Assembly: GCA_964016885.1 (NCBI GenBank)
Contig: OZ024742.1
Span: 55,676,001 to 55,740,000 of the forward strand
DNA from: Eledone cirrhosa
Taxonomy: Eukaryota
Direction: 5' to 3'
Length of the DNA stretch: 64,000 nucleotides
The position numbers were made by a program, and so were the translations under genes. The notes under the pieces were generated by a model. The model was given only the letters and a program-made list of their open reading frames with translations, was not told the DNA's origin and ran no database searches. This document shows, piece by piece, positions 13,624 to 27,205 of this stretch (positions within the stretch are counted from its first letter, which is position 1; each line of letters starts with the position of its first letter).

Positions 13624-14279
13624 GCATGTATATATATGTGTGTGTGTGCATGGGTGTATGTGTGTGTGTGTATGTAAATGCATGTTATGTCATTTTACTC
13701 TCTTCAAATGATTGGTCTGTTGAATCGTATTTTGTATATTTGCTTATAAACCTGTCCAAACAATATTTATAATGATTCATTTAAATTAGTGAAAATTACG
13801 TCACACTCATCCAAGTAATATCTAATTGCTCATGCATATATTGTTAGCTATCACATGTTGGCAAAGTATTATTCAAATACATTCTATTTGCCAGAGATTA
13901 TCATGTACACAAAACAGTATTAATTGAAACGTTTGGATAAAAACCATTAGGTCATTGACAAATATCATCTAGAACCTAATAAAGTGTTTGTTATAACGGG
14001 GAACTGTCCCAATTTAGCACCATGCTCAAGAGACAGCTGCATACAAGTATTGTGCGTGCTGTTGAATTTCTGCAACGGGTAATCCTTTCACACATTTTAG
14101 TCTCTATTTCTTCTTCCCATGTGAATTACGCCAAAAATAAATATTGTAGTTTAATTAAATATTCATTGCTTAAATATATGCAACAATATAACATTTCCTG
14201 AAAAACTAATTTATATCATACACATCTTACATATACACGGAAATGCCAACACTTATATACACAAACATTCATAGACCTG

Positions 14280-14349
<70 letters not shown>

Positions 14350-15037
14350 CATATATAAAGTATTTCCTTCTGAAAGGTGGAGGAAATAAGAGTGCTCTAT
14401 GTAGGATACGGAGCTTATTAGTTATGTAATAAACAACATATGAAAATTATTTCATTTACCAGTGGTTTCTTGAAGGCAGAGTTATGCTTGTCTTCAGTCG
14501 TCAGAATGAATAAATAACATGGTGTTTTTATTAAATATGGATTTGAAAACAAAATTTTAAAATTATGAAAGTGAGGTTGATAAAACGGGCAAAAAGGAAT
14601 TAGGGGGGAAAAATAAATATCCATAACATACACACACTCAACCACGCGCATATACGTAATTGTACGTAGACGTATACTTTCTCACATAAGGGTATTTGCG
14701 TCTAGATGGAAATACGAACAAGCACATAAATACGTACACATACATATACACACATATATATGCACTCACATATGTACACACAAATACACACACACACATA
14801 TAAAAAGAGGGTATACACACACATATATACATACATACGTACAAACACAAAAACACAAAAACAAAAAGCTCTATACATACGGGCACGTGTTTATACGCAT
14901 ACATATATACACACACACGTACACATACATACCCATACACACATATATGCATGCATACATACACATACATATACATATACATATATATACACATTTATAT
15001 ATACATACATACACACACACACACATATATATATATA

Positions 15038-15359
15038 GTTAAAAGAATAGAGGTGTAACACACAAGTTATTATATATTGGTAAACTGAATAGAAAATGCT
15101 GACAAATTGTTCACAGTTGAAAAATAGTTTAATTAGGAATAAAAGAGTATTAGTAATTGTATTGGTTAGTATTTAGTTGTGGTTTTAAGTTTTTACCGGT
15201 TGCGCATTTCTAAATGCTTTTCAAAAATAATTTTGAGATAGATCGTCCGTGTTGTTTGCTCTGGTCTGATTAGTTTTAGGAATTCTACCTGTTTTTATGT
15301 TAAAAAAGTGGCTCCAGCGCTACTTGGTGTTGCAAAAGTTCTTGTTGTCAAAACAATTT

Positions 15360-15362
<3 letters not shown>
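15038..15362 (-). mobile_element. PLE-type end with variant hammerhead (15191-15227)
   Basis: Minus strand: ttt-TTGAAAA-gcat/ttagaa/atgc-GCAA-ccgg-TA-aaa. Homologous to 9571-9790; lies between (TA)n tracts. Confidence 0.65.
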
Positions 15363-15448
<86 letters not shown>

Positions 15449-15645
15449 CATACACATACGTACATACACATACATATATACATGCACATGCCCATATCAA
15501 TATGTGCGAACCATTGGGAAGTAGTTCAGAAGCAGAAATAACTAAATAAGTAAATAAGATAAAAAAATTATAAATATATATATATATATAAGAAAATTAA
15601 AATCAAAATCAAAATCAAGTCATAAGGGGACATATATATATATAT

Positions 15646-15737
<92 letters not shown>

Positions 15738-15742
<5 letters not shown>

Positions 15743-16107
15743 AGGTGAGTTTTATTGTAGTACAATAAAGCAATGCAGATATCGGATAAGAAGCACTCTA
15801 CAGTCTGTAGGACTGGAGTATACATAATATAAGATCAAAAGATGGTTAAAGGAGTTCCATGTATTTTATTATGCGCATTTCAAAAACAAACATCATCATG
15901 CAATAATATTTGTGTTTTCATCAGATAAAACAGGAGAACATGATATGAAGGCTAAAAAACACTTGTGGATAGTGCAGTTTTAAATCAACATATATATATA
16001 TATGTTGATCTGATGAAAACACAAATATTATTGCATGATGATGTTTGTTTTTGAAATGTTTTTGAAATAATAAAATACATGGAACTCCTTTAACCATCTT
16101 TTGATCT

Positions 16108-16115
<8 letters not shown>
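15738..16115. mobile_element. Fold-back PLE end, family C, with an intact hammerhead (15864-15930 -), a truncated copy (16008-16075 +) and bulged hairpin 15794-15820 (-)
   Basis: ttttat-CTGATGA-[36-nt stem II, about 15 bp]-GAAA-tgcgca-TA-ataaaa. Tail: tACTC-cagtc-ctaca-gactg-TA-GAGTg. Homologous to 63166-63420. Confidence 0.9.
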
Positions 16116-16140
<25 letters not shown>

Positions 16141-16147
<7 letters not shown>

Positions 16148-16503
16148 GTGAGGTTTCTTTTTACAAAATGAAAAATAACCGAGGTGTCCTACACGAGTGA
16201 AAGTATAAAGAAAAAGAGATGAAATCGAAAATGCAACTGGAGTCTTATTTTTTTTAAAAATATATATATTTATTTGGTTCCTTTACCGGTTTCGCAGTTC
16301 TTCTGCTTTTCAAAAGGTGAGTTGAGATGGAGGGTCTGTGGTTTTTTCTCAAAGATATGAGAAAAACCACAGACTCTCCATCTCAACTCACCTTTTGAAA
16401 AGCAGAAGAACTGCGAAACCGGTAAAGGAACCAAATAAATATATATATTTTTTAAAAAAATAAGACTCAGTTGCATTTTCGATTTCATCTCTTTTTCTTT
16501 ATA
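16141..16503. mobile_element. Fold-back PLE end, family D (arms 16204-16351 and 16358-16503), with U3:A8 hammerheads (16280-16317 -, 16391-16428 +)
   Basis: cctt-TTGAAAA-gcag/aagaa/ctgc-GAAA-ccgg-TA-aagg then AATAAA in both arms; third copy at 35288-35323. Confidence 0.85.
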
Positions 16504-16615
16504 TATATATATATATATATATATTATTTATACTTATATATACACTATATATAATTATAAACAGGAAAGGTCAGTAATTCATTACCACCTTATTACCAGT
16601 AAGAATATATATATT

Positions 16616-16706
16616 AATTGTTTCTATTATAGGCACAAGGCCAGCAATTACCCAGTACATTACTGGTACTTTATTTTATCGACCCCGTAAGGATGAAATG
16701 CAAAGT
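16616..16706 (-). mobile_element. Partial SINE, family 1
   Basis: ggcacaaggccagcaattacccagtacattactggtactttattttatcgaccccgtaaggatgaaa. Confidence 0.8.
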
Positions 16707-16710
16707 ATAT

Positions 16711-17508
16711 AAAATTGAAAAAGTGGAGAATAACATAGTCAACAGTACAAAATAGGGAATTTATTTTCAGTCTAACAATTGTGTCACTGATAGAGTTGTC
16801 TAAAAATTGCTGAACACTAAAAACAGTGCCACTCAATTTTAAATACGATGTTACCTCAACTAGATCATCGGAAACTGATCAAAACATATATGTGTACCCG
16901 GCAAATTTACAAATTCAAATTACATCATCAATAATAATATTAATAATAAAGATATAGAGAGAAAAAGAGGAAGAAAGGGAGATAGATACAGTAAAGAAAG
17001 AAAGAAAAGGAAGGAGAAAGAAGAAAAAGGTAGATAGAAATATAAAGAGAGGAAGATATATAGAAGATTATGGTAGACAGACAAGAGACAAACATAAGTA
17101 AAAATAATGTATGATAGAAAAAGAATACAAGGACAAATACATGAATAAACGTTAATACATGAATAAATGTAAATAAAAATAAAAATAGATATATAAAAAA
17201 TATATATAAAATATAAAATTGAGTGGCACTGCTTTTAGTCAACAGCAATTTTTAGACAACTCTATCAGTGAAACAATTGTTAGACTCCAAATAAATCTCC
17301 TTTTTTGGACTGTTGACCATGTTATTCTTCACTTTTTCAATGTTATTACACCAGGATAAACTTACATAGGAATACAAGTGAAATCGTAAACTCGTCCTTT
17401 ACGTAACCTCATTGTTGAGTCAAGCAACGCCGTACGCTAAGACTATCCATAATAAGAAGTATTCACAACCTCTAATTGGATTACCTATAACAATATTTTG
17501 TTATCCTT

Positions 17509-17510
<2 letters not shown>
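16711..17510. mobile_element. Fold-back PLE end (arms about 16711-16850 and 17215-17341) with a long-stem-II degenerate hammerhead (16767-16878 -)
   Basis: Minus strand: tcagttt-CCGATGA-[79 nt]-GACA-caattg-TT-agactga-AAATAAA. The right arm keeps GAAA-caattg-TT-agact. Confidence 0.7.
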
Positions 17511-17579
<69 letters not shown>

Positions 17580-17582
<3 letters not shown>

Positions 17583-18026
17583 GATAGATCTACTAAAATA
17601 TACGGTAGTGTCCAATCCGTATGAAGAACTCAATGTAATCCAATATCATGAAAAGAGAAGATGTATTCAAAATTTTTTCGATGAAAATCACAGGAAAACA
17701 GGGTCAAGATAAATTAATAAAAACAATGAATAAAAACAACGAAACAGTTCGTTATATTAAAATATTCATCATTTTACGATCGTTTCTAGGTTATATATGT
17801 GTGTTGGTATGTATATCATATAGATCTCTATAAACATTTTACAAACTATCAGAGGGAATATATATGTGTAGATATGCATATTCCCTCTGATAGTTTGTAA
17901 ATTTTTTACATAGATCTATATGATATACATACCAACACACACATATATATCCTAGAAACGATCGTGAAATGATGATTTTTTTAGTATAAGGAACTGTTTC
18001 TTTGTTTTATTCATTGTTTTTTATTA

Positions 18027-18032
<6 letters not shown>
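17580..18032. mobile_element. Fold-back PLE end (arms about 17710-17861 and 17878-18032) carrying only the 3' half of a hammerhead
   Basis: Inverted arms of about 150 bp between (TA)n tracts; GAAA-cgatcg-T(A/G) in both arms; the tail contains aca-TT-GAGTT. Confidence 0.75.
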
Positions 18033-18100
<68 letters not shown>

Positions 18101-18114
18101 TAATAAAAAACAAT

Positions 18115-18372
18115 AACTTGAACCGTTAAGATCCTATTCCTGGGTATGTCAATATTTATAAAACAAACTTTGTATTTCATCTGAAGAGAGCGTACCAAAG
18201 TTTTGGTACCCTTGAAATATATATAATAGAATAAATAAGGTTTTATAAATATACTTTCCATTTATTTAATATCATTTGAATATTATACTCCAGAAAACAT
18301 GTTGAGTGCTTTGAATCTGTTATAAACATTTATATTTGTTGAATTACCAACAAATTAAATATCCCTTTTGCC
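18115..18372 (+). mobile_element. PLE end, family B, with hammerhead 18175-18231 and bulged hairpin 18286-18308
   Basis: CTGAAGA-gagcgtaccaaa/g/ttttggtaccctt-GAAA-tatata-TA-atagAATAAA, then tACTC-cagaaaacatg-TT-GAGTg. Confidence 0.8.
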
Positions 18373-18471
18373 TATATATATATATAACTTTGAATAACTT
18401 TGAAATGTTTTGGCCAGTATTGGCCCAAGCCATGTCTAACTTAATAGCACCACTTGGCGAAGTCTTTCAAT

Positions 18472-21454
18472 TCAGGATTTGCACACCATGGCCCATTCGA
18501 GAAGAGAATTACTGTTTTCGGAGACATATCCGAGTGTGGGTGGTTTGTCCGGGATTAATTGGAGGAATTTGTCCAAAGACTTCTTGAATTTTGTGTGGTC
18601 AGTTTCTGTTTTGACGTGTTCTGGTGTGATGTTGAAGAGAGCAGGGCCAATTGAGGTGAAATAATTGTGCGGTATTGTTGTTATGAGTTGCGATTTAGAT
18701 TTTTGTTTGGGACGGATAGCACGGCGCCCAAGCCTTGGGTGTATTTTGAAGGCGATGCCAACATCATTTGGGCAGTGATGATGGAACATTTTCCACATCA
18801 TGCAGATAATATAACGTTCACGGCGACGTTGGAGTGAGTAAAGTTTCAGCTTTTCTAGTCGACCCCAGTAGTCAAGGTCTGACATGCCATCTATCTTTTT
18901 CGTGATTGCCCTTTGGGGAGCTTCAAGTTTCATGATACTTTGTTTCGTGTTGGGATATCACAGTGGACAACAGTATTCAAGGTGTGGTCGGGCAAAAGTG
19001 GAGAAGAGAAGGATAATGGTGTGGGAATCTCTCGACTGGAAGGTTCTGAGGATCCAGGAACACATTCTGCGGGCCATGTCAACTTAGCTGCTTATATGCG
19101 TGGCCCAGCTTATGTTGCTGTCCACGGTTACTCCCAAGTCTCTGATGTTGTTAGATGCCACGAGAGTTTCACCGGAGGGAAGGGAGTACGGGAGTTTCAG
19201 AGCATCCTCTTTTCCAAAGTGGATCAGTTCGAATTTGTCTTCGTTCAGTAACATGTTGTTCTTTTCCGCCCATTGGGTAACAGGCAGTAGGTCTGACTGG
19301 AGGCTTATCCGGTCATCCACGCCATTGATGACCTTTTGGAGCTTGGAATCATCAGCGAAAATTCTAATGTTGCTGTGTTTGATGATGTCAGTGATGTCAT
19401 TAATATAGGTGATGAAGAGAAGTGGGCCTAACACAGTGCCTTGTGGGACCCCACTACTGACTTTGGCAGGGCTGGATTTGACTCCTTCGACTACAACATG
19501 TTGGGTTCTGTTTGACAGGAAGCTCTTGATCCACTGCAGCAGCTTTCCAGTTACACCAATATTGGACAGTTTTCACAGTAGAATGTTGTGATCAACCCTA
19601 TCAAAGGCCTTGCTGAAATCAAGGTAGATAACATCAGTGTTGGAACCCTCTCCCAAGGCTCTCAAAATGTCATCAAAGTGATGCAGTAGCTGCGTCAGGC
19701 AATCCCTTCCATTACGGAATCCATGCTGGTTGGAGTTCAGCATATTGTTACTCTCAAGGAAATGAGTCATTCGCGATTTCACCACTCTCTCAAATACCTT
19801 AATGTCATGAGAGGTGAGTGAGATTGGACGGTAATTCACGGCAAGGGATTTGTTTCCTTTTTTGAAAACTGGGCAACATCCAGTGAGTTCCGCCACAGAT
19901 TGGCAAGAGGAGATGCAAGTTGGTGTTGACACGCCTTCAAGACACAAGCAGGGAACCTATCGGGACCTACTGCTGAATTATGCTTGATTTCCTTTATTGC
20001 CGCTAAGACATCAGGGGCGCCAAACGTTATGTCCGATAAGGTGTAATGGGGAGTAACATCGCCGATACAGCCCAGATCGGCCATATCAGGATTGCTGAAA
20101 ACAGAGCAGTATTGTTTCTGCAGTATCTCACCCATGGTTTTAGCATTGTTTTGAAGAGTGCCATTTTCATCAATTAGAGGGCCAACAGTAGGGCCAGTGA
20201 TTTTGTGTTTTTTTGCAAATGAAAAGAACACTTTGGGATTGTGTCTGATCTTCTCAATGGCCCAGGCCTCTCAAGCTCTTCTCTGATTGTTGATGATAGA
20301 CATCATATTGTGTTGGAGGTTATGTTTTTTAATCTCTAGTGATAAAATGGCAGTCAAGTTGATGTGTTGCTGCAGACAGTATTTCAGCTTGTTAATTTTT
20401 TTGTTAGTTCTCTTAATTTTCCTGATGAGCGTTTTTCTATTTCTAGGGATTCTGCTCTTAGATTTGTTTATAGTCCATAATAGGATGTATTTTGCACATA
20501 TGTTTGTAACAGTGTTCACAAATTTCTACCAGGACTTTTTGATGTTAGTGGGTGTGTGAGTGTGAGTGAAGGACCAGTCGACATGTGCAAGATCATGACT
20601 GATCGCTTCCCAGTTTGCATTGTGGAAATCCATAGCGTCAAACGGAGGGACAGGAGAGATGACATTGGGTTTGTATATTGGACGGTGGAATCTCAGATCA
20701 CAGAGAACCATGTCATGATCAGAGAGTAGAGTTTTCCCCACTGCAATATTGTGGATAGTGTCAGTGTGATTGCTGAAAATTAAGTCTAGGACGTTTTTGT
20801 GGCACCTCGTTGGTTCGAGCACCAGTTGGGACAGGAAGAAATCATCCATGAAGTTAAGAAGCGACTCCACTGCTTCCCTGTCAGAGGTTGAGGCAGAAGA
20901 ACCTGGTGGCAGGCTGTTTGTGGACCAGTCAACTCCGGGGAGGTTGAGTCCCCCATCATTAAGATGTTGTCAGGGTGACACTCTTGGATGAAACACTTTA
21001 TGCTGTTGAGGCATTCCTTGAGGCATGGTAGAGGCGTTTGGGGTGGCCTATAGAGCCCAACTACTATTAGGTTGTTGGTTTGACTGAATACAGTGACTGC
21101 TTCGCAGTATCCATTAGAAAATATGTTCATAGCCTCTGTTGAGAAAGAATTATGGACATAAATGGCAGTCCCACCCTTTCTTCTGCCAGCGCGATCAGCT
21201 CGGATGGCTTTGAAATTTTTCACTTTCACTTCGGCTTCCAAGTAGAGGTTACTGAGATGCGTTTCAGTGAGGACGAAGAAAGGGATGTGGTTTGGATGGA
21301 CATCAACCCAGTCCTCCAGGAATTTAATCTTCCATTTTTGAGTATTGGTGGAAGGGCTGATGCCTTGGGCGTTAAGCAAAAATTTTGAGGCGAGAGTGGA
21401 TGGTTTTAATTGTTTTGGTATGTTGTTAATTTGTTTGTTTGTTAATGGCAGCAA
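18472..21454 (-). pseudogene. LINE ORF2: apurinic-like endonuclease plus reverse transcriptase, frameshifted
   Basis: APE: LLNAQG, VLTETHL, RADR..RKGGTAIYV, GLYRPP, MGD, VLDLIFSN, SDHDMV. RT: NYRPISLTS, NQHGFR, YLDFSKAFDRVDH, GVPQGTVLGPLLF, FADD, RDLGV. Confidence 0.93.
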
Positions 21455-22063
21455 TGGGAGTTTGTGCAGTGGAGTGATAGTGGAGGGTGGTGCTGGGTGA
21501 TAGCTCGAATGTTTTTTTCCAGTTCTTTTGCCACATTCATTATGGCTAAAAAAGAGGAAGAAGTTTCCTGTTTAGGAGACTGTTGGTGACTGTGGTAGTG
21601 GTTATTTCTATGTAGGTTATGTTTTTTGTTTTTGCTTTTATTTTTATTTTTATTTTCATTTGTCGGACGGGTCCCCGGGAGATTGGTAAAGGGACAATCC
21701 CGGTGTAAACACAATCTGTCTCGCAGGGAAAAGCGGCAGATTTATGGATTCCTTCTTTGAGTTATTGGTGGTTGTGTTGGTGTTAAATTAGAGTATGTAT
21801 TATGGTGGTGGCTGTTTGTGGGGATGGACCGTTTTGTCCTAGGTAAATGGGTGAATTTGCAGCCACTATCTGTACAGATTCTATACCGTAGAGAGTAGCG
21901 GCAAATGATGGGGTTTCGAGTGGGTGTGTATGTGTATGTGTGTGTTGTGAGAGGTGTAGATGATGGTTTGAGTAGGTTTTGACGACCTTTGTGGGCTGTG
22001 GAAGGGAGAGTTCTTGTACTGGTATTAGAAGGTAAATTCCTTGAGATAGCAGTAGGCAAAGAT

Positions 22064-22121
<58 letters not shown>

Positions 22122-22602
22122 GCAGAGGAGATGTTGGCAGTGGTGATGATTGGACTGCTGGGGCAGAGAAAGGAAGAGGCGTTTCCTGCTGTGAGACAGT
22201 GACTACTGGGAGGTCAATAATTTCATTTAGTAGATCGGCCATTGTTGATGAATTAAGGAGTGTTTCACACTGTTGTTGTTGTTGTAGTTGTTGTTGTTGT
22301 TGCCGTTGTTGCTGTTGTTGTTGTTGCTGCTGTTGCTGCTGCTGGACAGCATCCGATGAAAAAACACACCGTAGTTTATCCAAATGTTTATTGATTAATT
22401 CAAAAGCAACTTTGATTTGCTATAATTTATTTTGAATCTGTTGTTCAGATCGGGTTTTCAAAAGGTGAACTGTACGTTTAGCAATTTCGTTCAAACATGA
22501 AGCATCTATGTCTTCTGTTTGGGTAAGGCAATGCCATGTGTTTATTAGAAAGTCGATTTCATTATTAGACCAGTTCTGTTTGGATTTTTGCTGGTTAGCC
22601 AT
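21442..22602 (-). pseudogene. LINE ORF1 with poly-Q/poly-T tracts and two CCCH-type zinc fingers
   Basis: CRYSLRYRICTDSGCKFTH (C-x8-C-x4-C-x3-H) and CRFSLRDRLCLHRDCPFTN; N-terminal WSNNEIDFLINTW; interrupted by stops. Confidence 0.75.
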
Positions 22603-22862
22603 TCTAGTTTTGAGTGTGTGTGTGTGTTTTAGTTAAGTATTTCAATATATTTATTTTTCTTGATATTTGTTTTTCTTGTGTGTGAGTGAGAAGTGTATAT
22701 ATAAATATATTCTGGTTATTTGGTTGTTTGAAATTAATGAAATTAATGATAAGACGAAAGTATATAATAATTTGTAGTTAAAGGAAAATGTACTCACAAG
22801 TTGCTAAACACGTGGTTTCAAATATAGATGTATGAAAATGTAAATGACCGGTCAATTTGGTT

Positions 22863-23440
<578 letters not shown>

Positions 23441-24078
23441 GAATTTTATCTCTCGCCCTAGCACAGTTGATACATGAATCTAAGTATGTATATGCACACC
23501 AACACACATATATATACAACATACATATATATATGTATGTGTGTGTGTGTGGGTGTGGGTGTGTGTGATGAGGGACAGAACTGCTGGAGAGAACTCGTCC
23601 ATTGATCTCGGGAATTTTACCCGTCCACCCTTCATTTGAAGCAGCGAAATATTAATTTTGCTAATAATAATGCTAATAATATTTATATTTACAATCTCTT
23701 TACGCGTTTTCGCCAGACTTCTGCTTAATCCCTCATGGAATATTCATATTTTCAAAGATTCAAAATATGCACCTTACAATTGCTAATTCACAAATTATAA
23801 ACATAGTATCACTGAAGCTTCACAGCTTATAATATTTCGTGATTTGTGCCTACCAAATGGAATTTCTTTACCTAAAAGTCTCGATGAGTTAAATCTCAGA
23901 CATAAAACCCTTAAATAATTCCAAAGATGTAAAAACGTAGATAAATGATTTGTTTCCATTTTTTTTTAAATCTGTGGTTGTGATCGGCTTTTTGTTACAC
24001 CATTGTACATCTGCACATTGTATTTATTAGAATCCAACACCAATGAAATGGACTTGGCTGTTTTTCTTCTTTTTTTAA

Positions 24079-24297
24079 CCCTTTAGCATTTAAACCGGCC
24101 ATATCCGGCCAGAACTCTCTCACCTCTTTCTGTTCAAATCGGTTGTAACTTGCCGCTCATACTGATGTTAAGGTATTATTCTCAAAATAAATAACATCAA
24201 AATCTCATACATTCAATATTATGTGAGATAATTATGTAAAATAAATCTTTTACCACAACAATATAATATTATATATAGTAATGTAAATGCTAAAGGG
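24079..24297. mobile_element. piggyBac-type MITE
   Basis: TTAA at 24075-24078 and 24298-24301 flank 14-bp terminal inverted repeats ccctttagcattta/taaatgctaaaggg; no coding capacity. Confidence 0.85.
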
Positions 24298-24929
24298 TTA
24301 AACTTCAAAATTATCTAACAGATTAAATTCATTATAACCATCTATTTCAGAAATCCTGGATGTTAAGCTTACATTTGGTTTAGTGTTGGCAAGCAGGAAA
24401 AGGAATACCTGCACATCGTGGCTAGTATTTGTATGTGTCACATCATATTCACATTTGGATCTCCGCAAATAGGGGTATACGTACGTTTATTCGTTCAAAA
24501 GGTAGTATATGCAATTGGCCAGGGTAGAATTGCACTATCCATAATGCTTCGCCTTTATTTTTGTAAACCGTAAGTATACTTTCTTTACGGGGATTTGATT
24601 TTGAATTTGCATCACGCTCGAATCCTCAAGGCACCTTAGTTATAGAGTTTCATTTTCACTTATTACTAGTTTTTGTCTCGAGTTAAGCTCATAATTTTAA
24701 AATACATATGAAGACCTAAGTTTCAGTTCAAATTATCAATGGGAAGTTTAACATTACTATTTTACCTGTTTGGTTAGAAACGCATCTTGACATTTAGGGT
24801 TATATGTCTGCGTTCAAATTGTTAGTTGAAAGTATATGTTTCATATATTTTAATAATCTGATTTTTTACGGAATATTTCGTGCGGAAATCGAATATATGT
24901 TTGTCAATGTTCATATGATGTGACATAAA

Positions 24930-25118
24930 GGGTGGTGGATTGGCAGTATCGGTAGAGGGTCGGACGCCATGCTTTGACGTATAGAGTTACGGCCCTTGCC
25001 GTTCTGAGTTCAAATCCCGCCAAGGTTAACTTTGCCTTTCATCTTTACGGGGTCGATAAAATAAAGTACTAGTAATACACTGGTTAATTGCTGGCCTTGT
25101 GCCAAAAGTAGAACCAAT
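24930..25118 (+). mobile_element. tRNA-derived SINE, family 1
   Basis: A-box tggcagtatcgg, B-box gagttcaaatcc, full body. Confidence 0.85.
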
Positions 25119-26866
25119 TCTCTTGTCATATTTTTTTGTTGTTGTTATCATAGCGGAAATGTTTAATATATGTTTATTGATCCAGTCTCTGTACTTCGTA
25201 GTTATTCATTTACATGTATATGTCAGCACATATTCACAATATAAAATAATGCCACATGTCAGATTTTCCGATTCCTATTCCTATATAATATATAAAAAAA
25301 TTAGATTGGGGTGAATATGTACATTATATTAACATCACTCATTGCACGAGGTATATGAAAGTTAAATCTATTATATATTCTGGTTGGAATTCTTGAGAAA
25401 TATCCGCGAATTTCATTAAAACAGATTTGTTTATAGTAAATGACAACAGAAATTAAGTTTTAGATGAGTTCTTTTTTTATTATATTGGACATGAATCTTT
25501 CTAAATATTTCAATTGTGCAGGCAATCAAGAAGCACGCATGTCATATCCAAAGGAAATCCGTGATCTTCTGATAAGATGCAGTTGTTTCAAATAACACGT
25601 TTCGAAGAAATGCAGGACATCAAGCAATCCCTTAAGTATCTCAATTCGAGCTCTGTAAATGTTTGAGATCATGTATTCTGGATCGTTACTATAACAAACA
25701 GGAGGAGAGGTCGGTTGTCATCAATTTACGCTGTATGTATATATCGACCCGTAACTATTGATGGAATCATAAGGGAGCCGTAGTTATAGAGCGTTATTGG
25801 GGCAATTTAAACTTGGTGGAGCTCATTTCATCTCGCGTTCTGAACACAATCGATTTCTTCCATAGAAAGATAACGACAGTGAGAGAGCGTGGTCCACAAA
25901 TATATATATAGAGAAATAATCGACCGCAGTTCCGGACTGGTATATTCCTTTATGGATCGATAAAAAATGAAAGACATAGTTGACGTCGGATGCTTTGAAC
26001 ATTCTATCTAATATTTAAATATATCTGTCCGCATGAATGTTCGTTAAATGGACGAAATAAATAGACCGCCAGACATAGGTTATCACAACTTACTGACATA
26101 AACACAGCTTGGTGGAGTATTTACGATGTTCGCTTCTCTATTATTTGGTTACAGATTCACTAGGACTACGTGCCATCTTGGGCAAGTATCGATATAATTT
26201 CAAGTTAACTCAAGGTTTGTGAATACAAATGTGTCGATAAAACATATATAGAGGCCCATCAAATTGATGTATCTACAATTCAAAGGGCCAGTTCTGTCAC
26301 ACCATTTCAAGTAGGGAATTACATTAATGATATACGTTTTAATAGAATTCACGACTTCTTACACCTTAATACATTACCTTGTCTCTCAGATACTTGAACA
26401 TACATACAAGTACACACAAATATATACATACAAACACACATATATATATATATATATATTTATATATATGTGTGGGGGTGTATGCGTGTGTGTGTGAGAG
26501 AGAGAGTGTGTGTGTGTGTACGTATACGTGTACAATAGGTTTCTGTTCCGTGTGTGTATTTTTGTTTAATATACTGGATGATAAATCGAAGCCATGAAAT
26601 TCAATACGGATGAATTATGGTTTCGCCGACAACACACATTCTAATTAGGTACACATTGATCTCTATATTGAATATTGTAACAGGAATGCGATTATAGATT
26701 AAACAACTTGTTTCTATTAATTTACAAAACCTGAAACACAGAAAGCAATAAATGACCCATATATATGTTGATAGGTATAATTATTTCACCAGAAATTGTA
26801 GCATAAAATATATAGTCTATCTAAGCTACATTATTGTCCCATGTTATTTTAAAAGGAGCTCAATTA

Positions 26867-26967
<101 letters not shown>

Positions 26968-26980
26968 TATCCCCAAGTAT

Positions 26981-27022
<42 letters not shown>

Positions 27023-27133
27023 AAAAATTAAGATAAAGTAAATTTTACCTATACTAGCTATGCGTGGTTACACGCGGGCTTAAATTATCTCCTGTGATTA
27101 TTCATGTATATTTATATGTTAATCAATTTCTAG

Positions 27134-27200
<67 letters not shown>

Positions 27201-27205
<5 letters not shown>

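Larger units (their letters stand above)
18385..22865 (-). mobile_element. Near full-length, inactivated CR1-group LINE (ORF1 plus APE-RT ORF2)
   Basis: Continuous ORF1, APE and RT homology with stops and frameshifts. The 3' end is (TTCAAAGTTA)2 joined to (TA)n, and the 5' end abuts a TA-rich tract. Confidence 0.92.

Noticed and set aside
24930-25030. tRNA gene
   Set aside because: The A/B boxes belong to a multi-copy SINE head; no cloverleaf, and a conserved SINE body follows.
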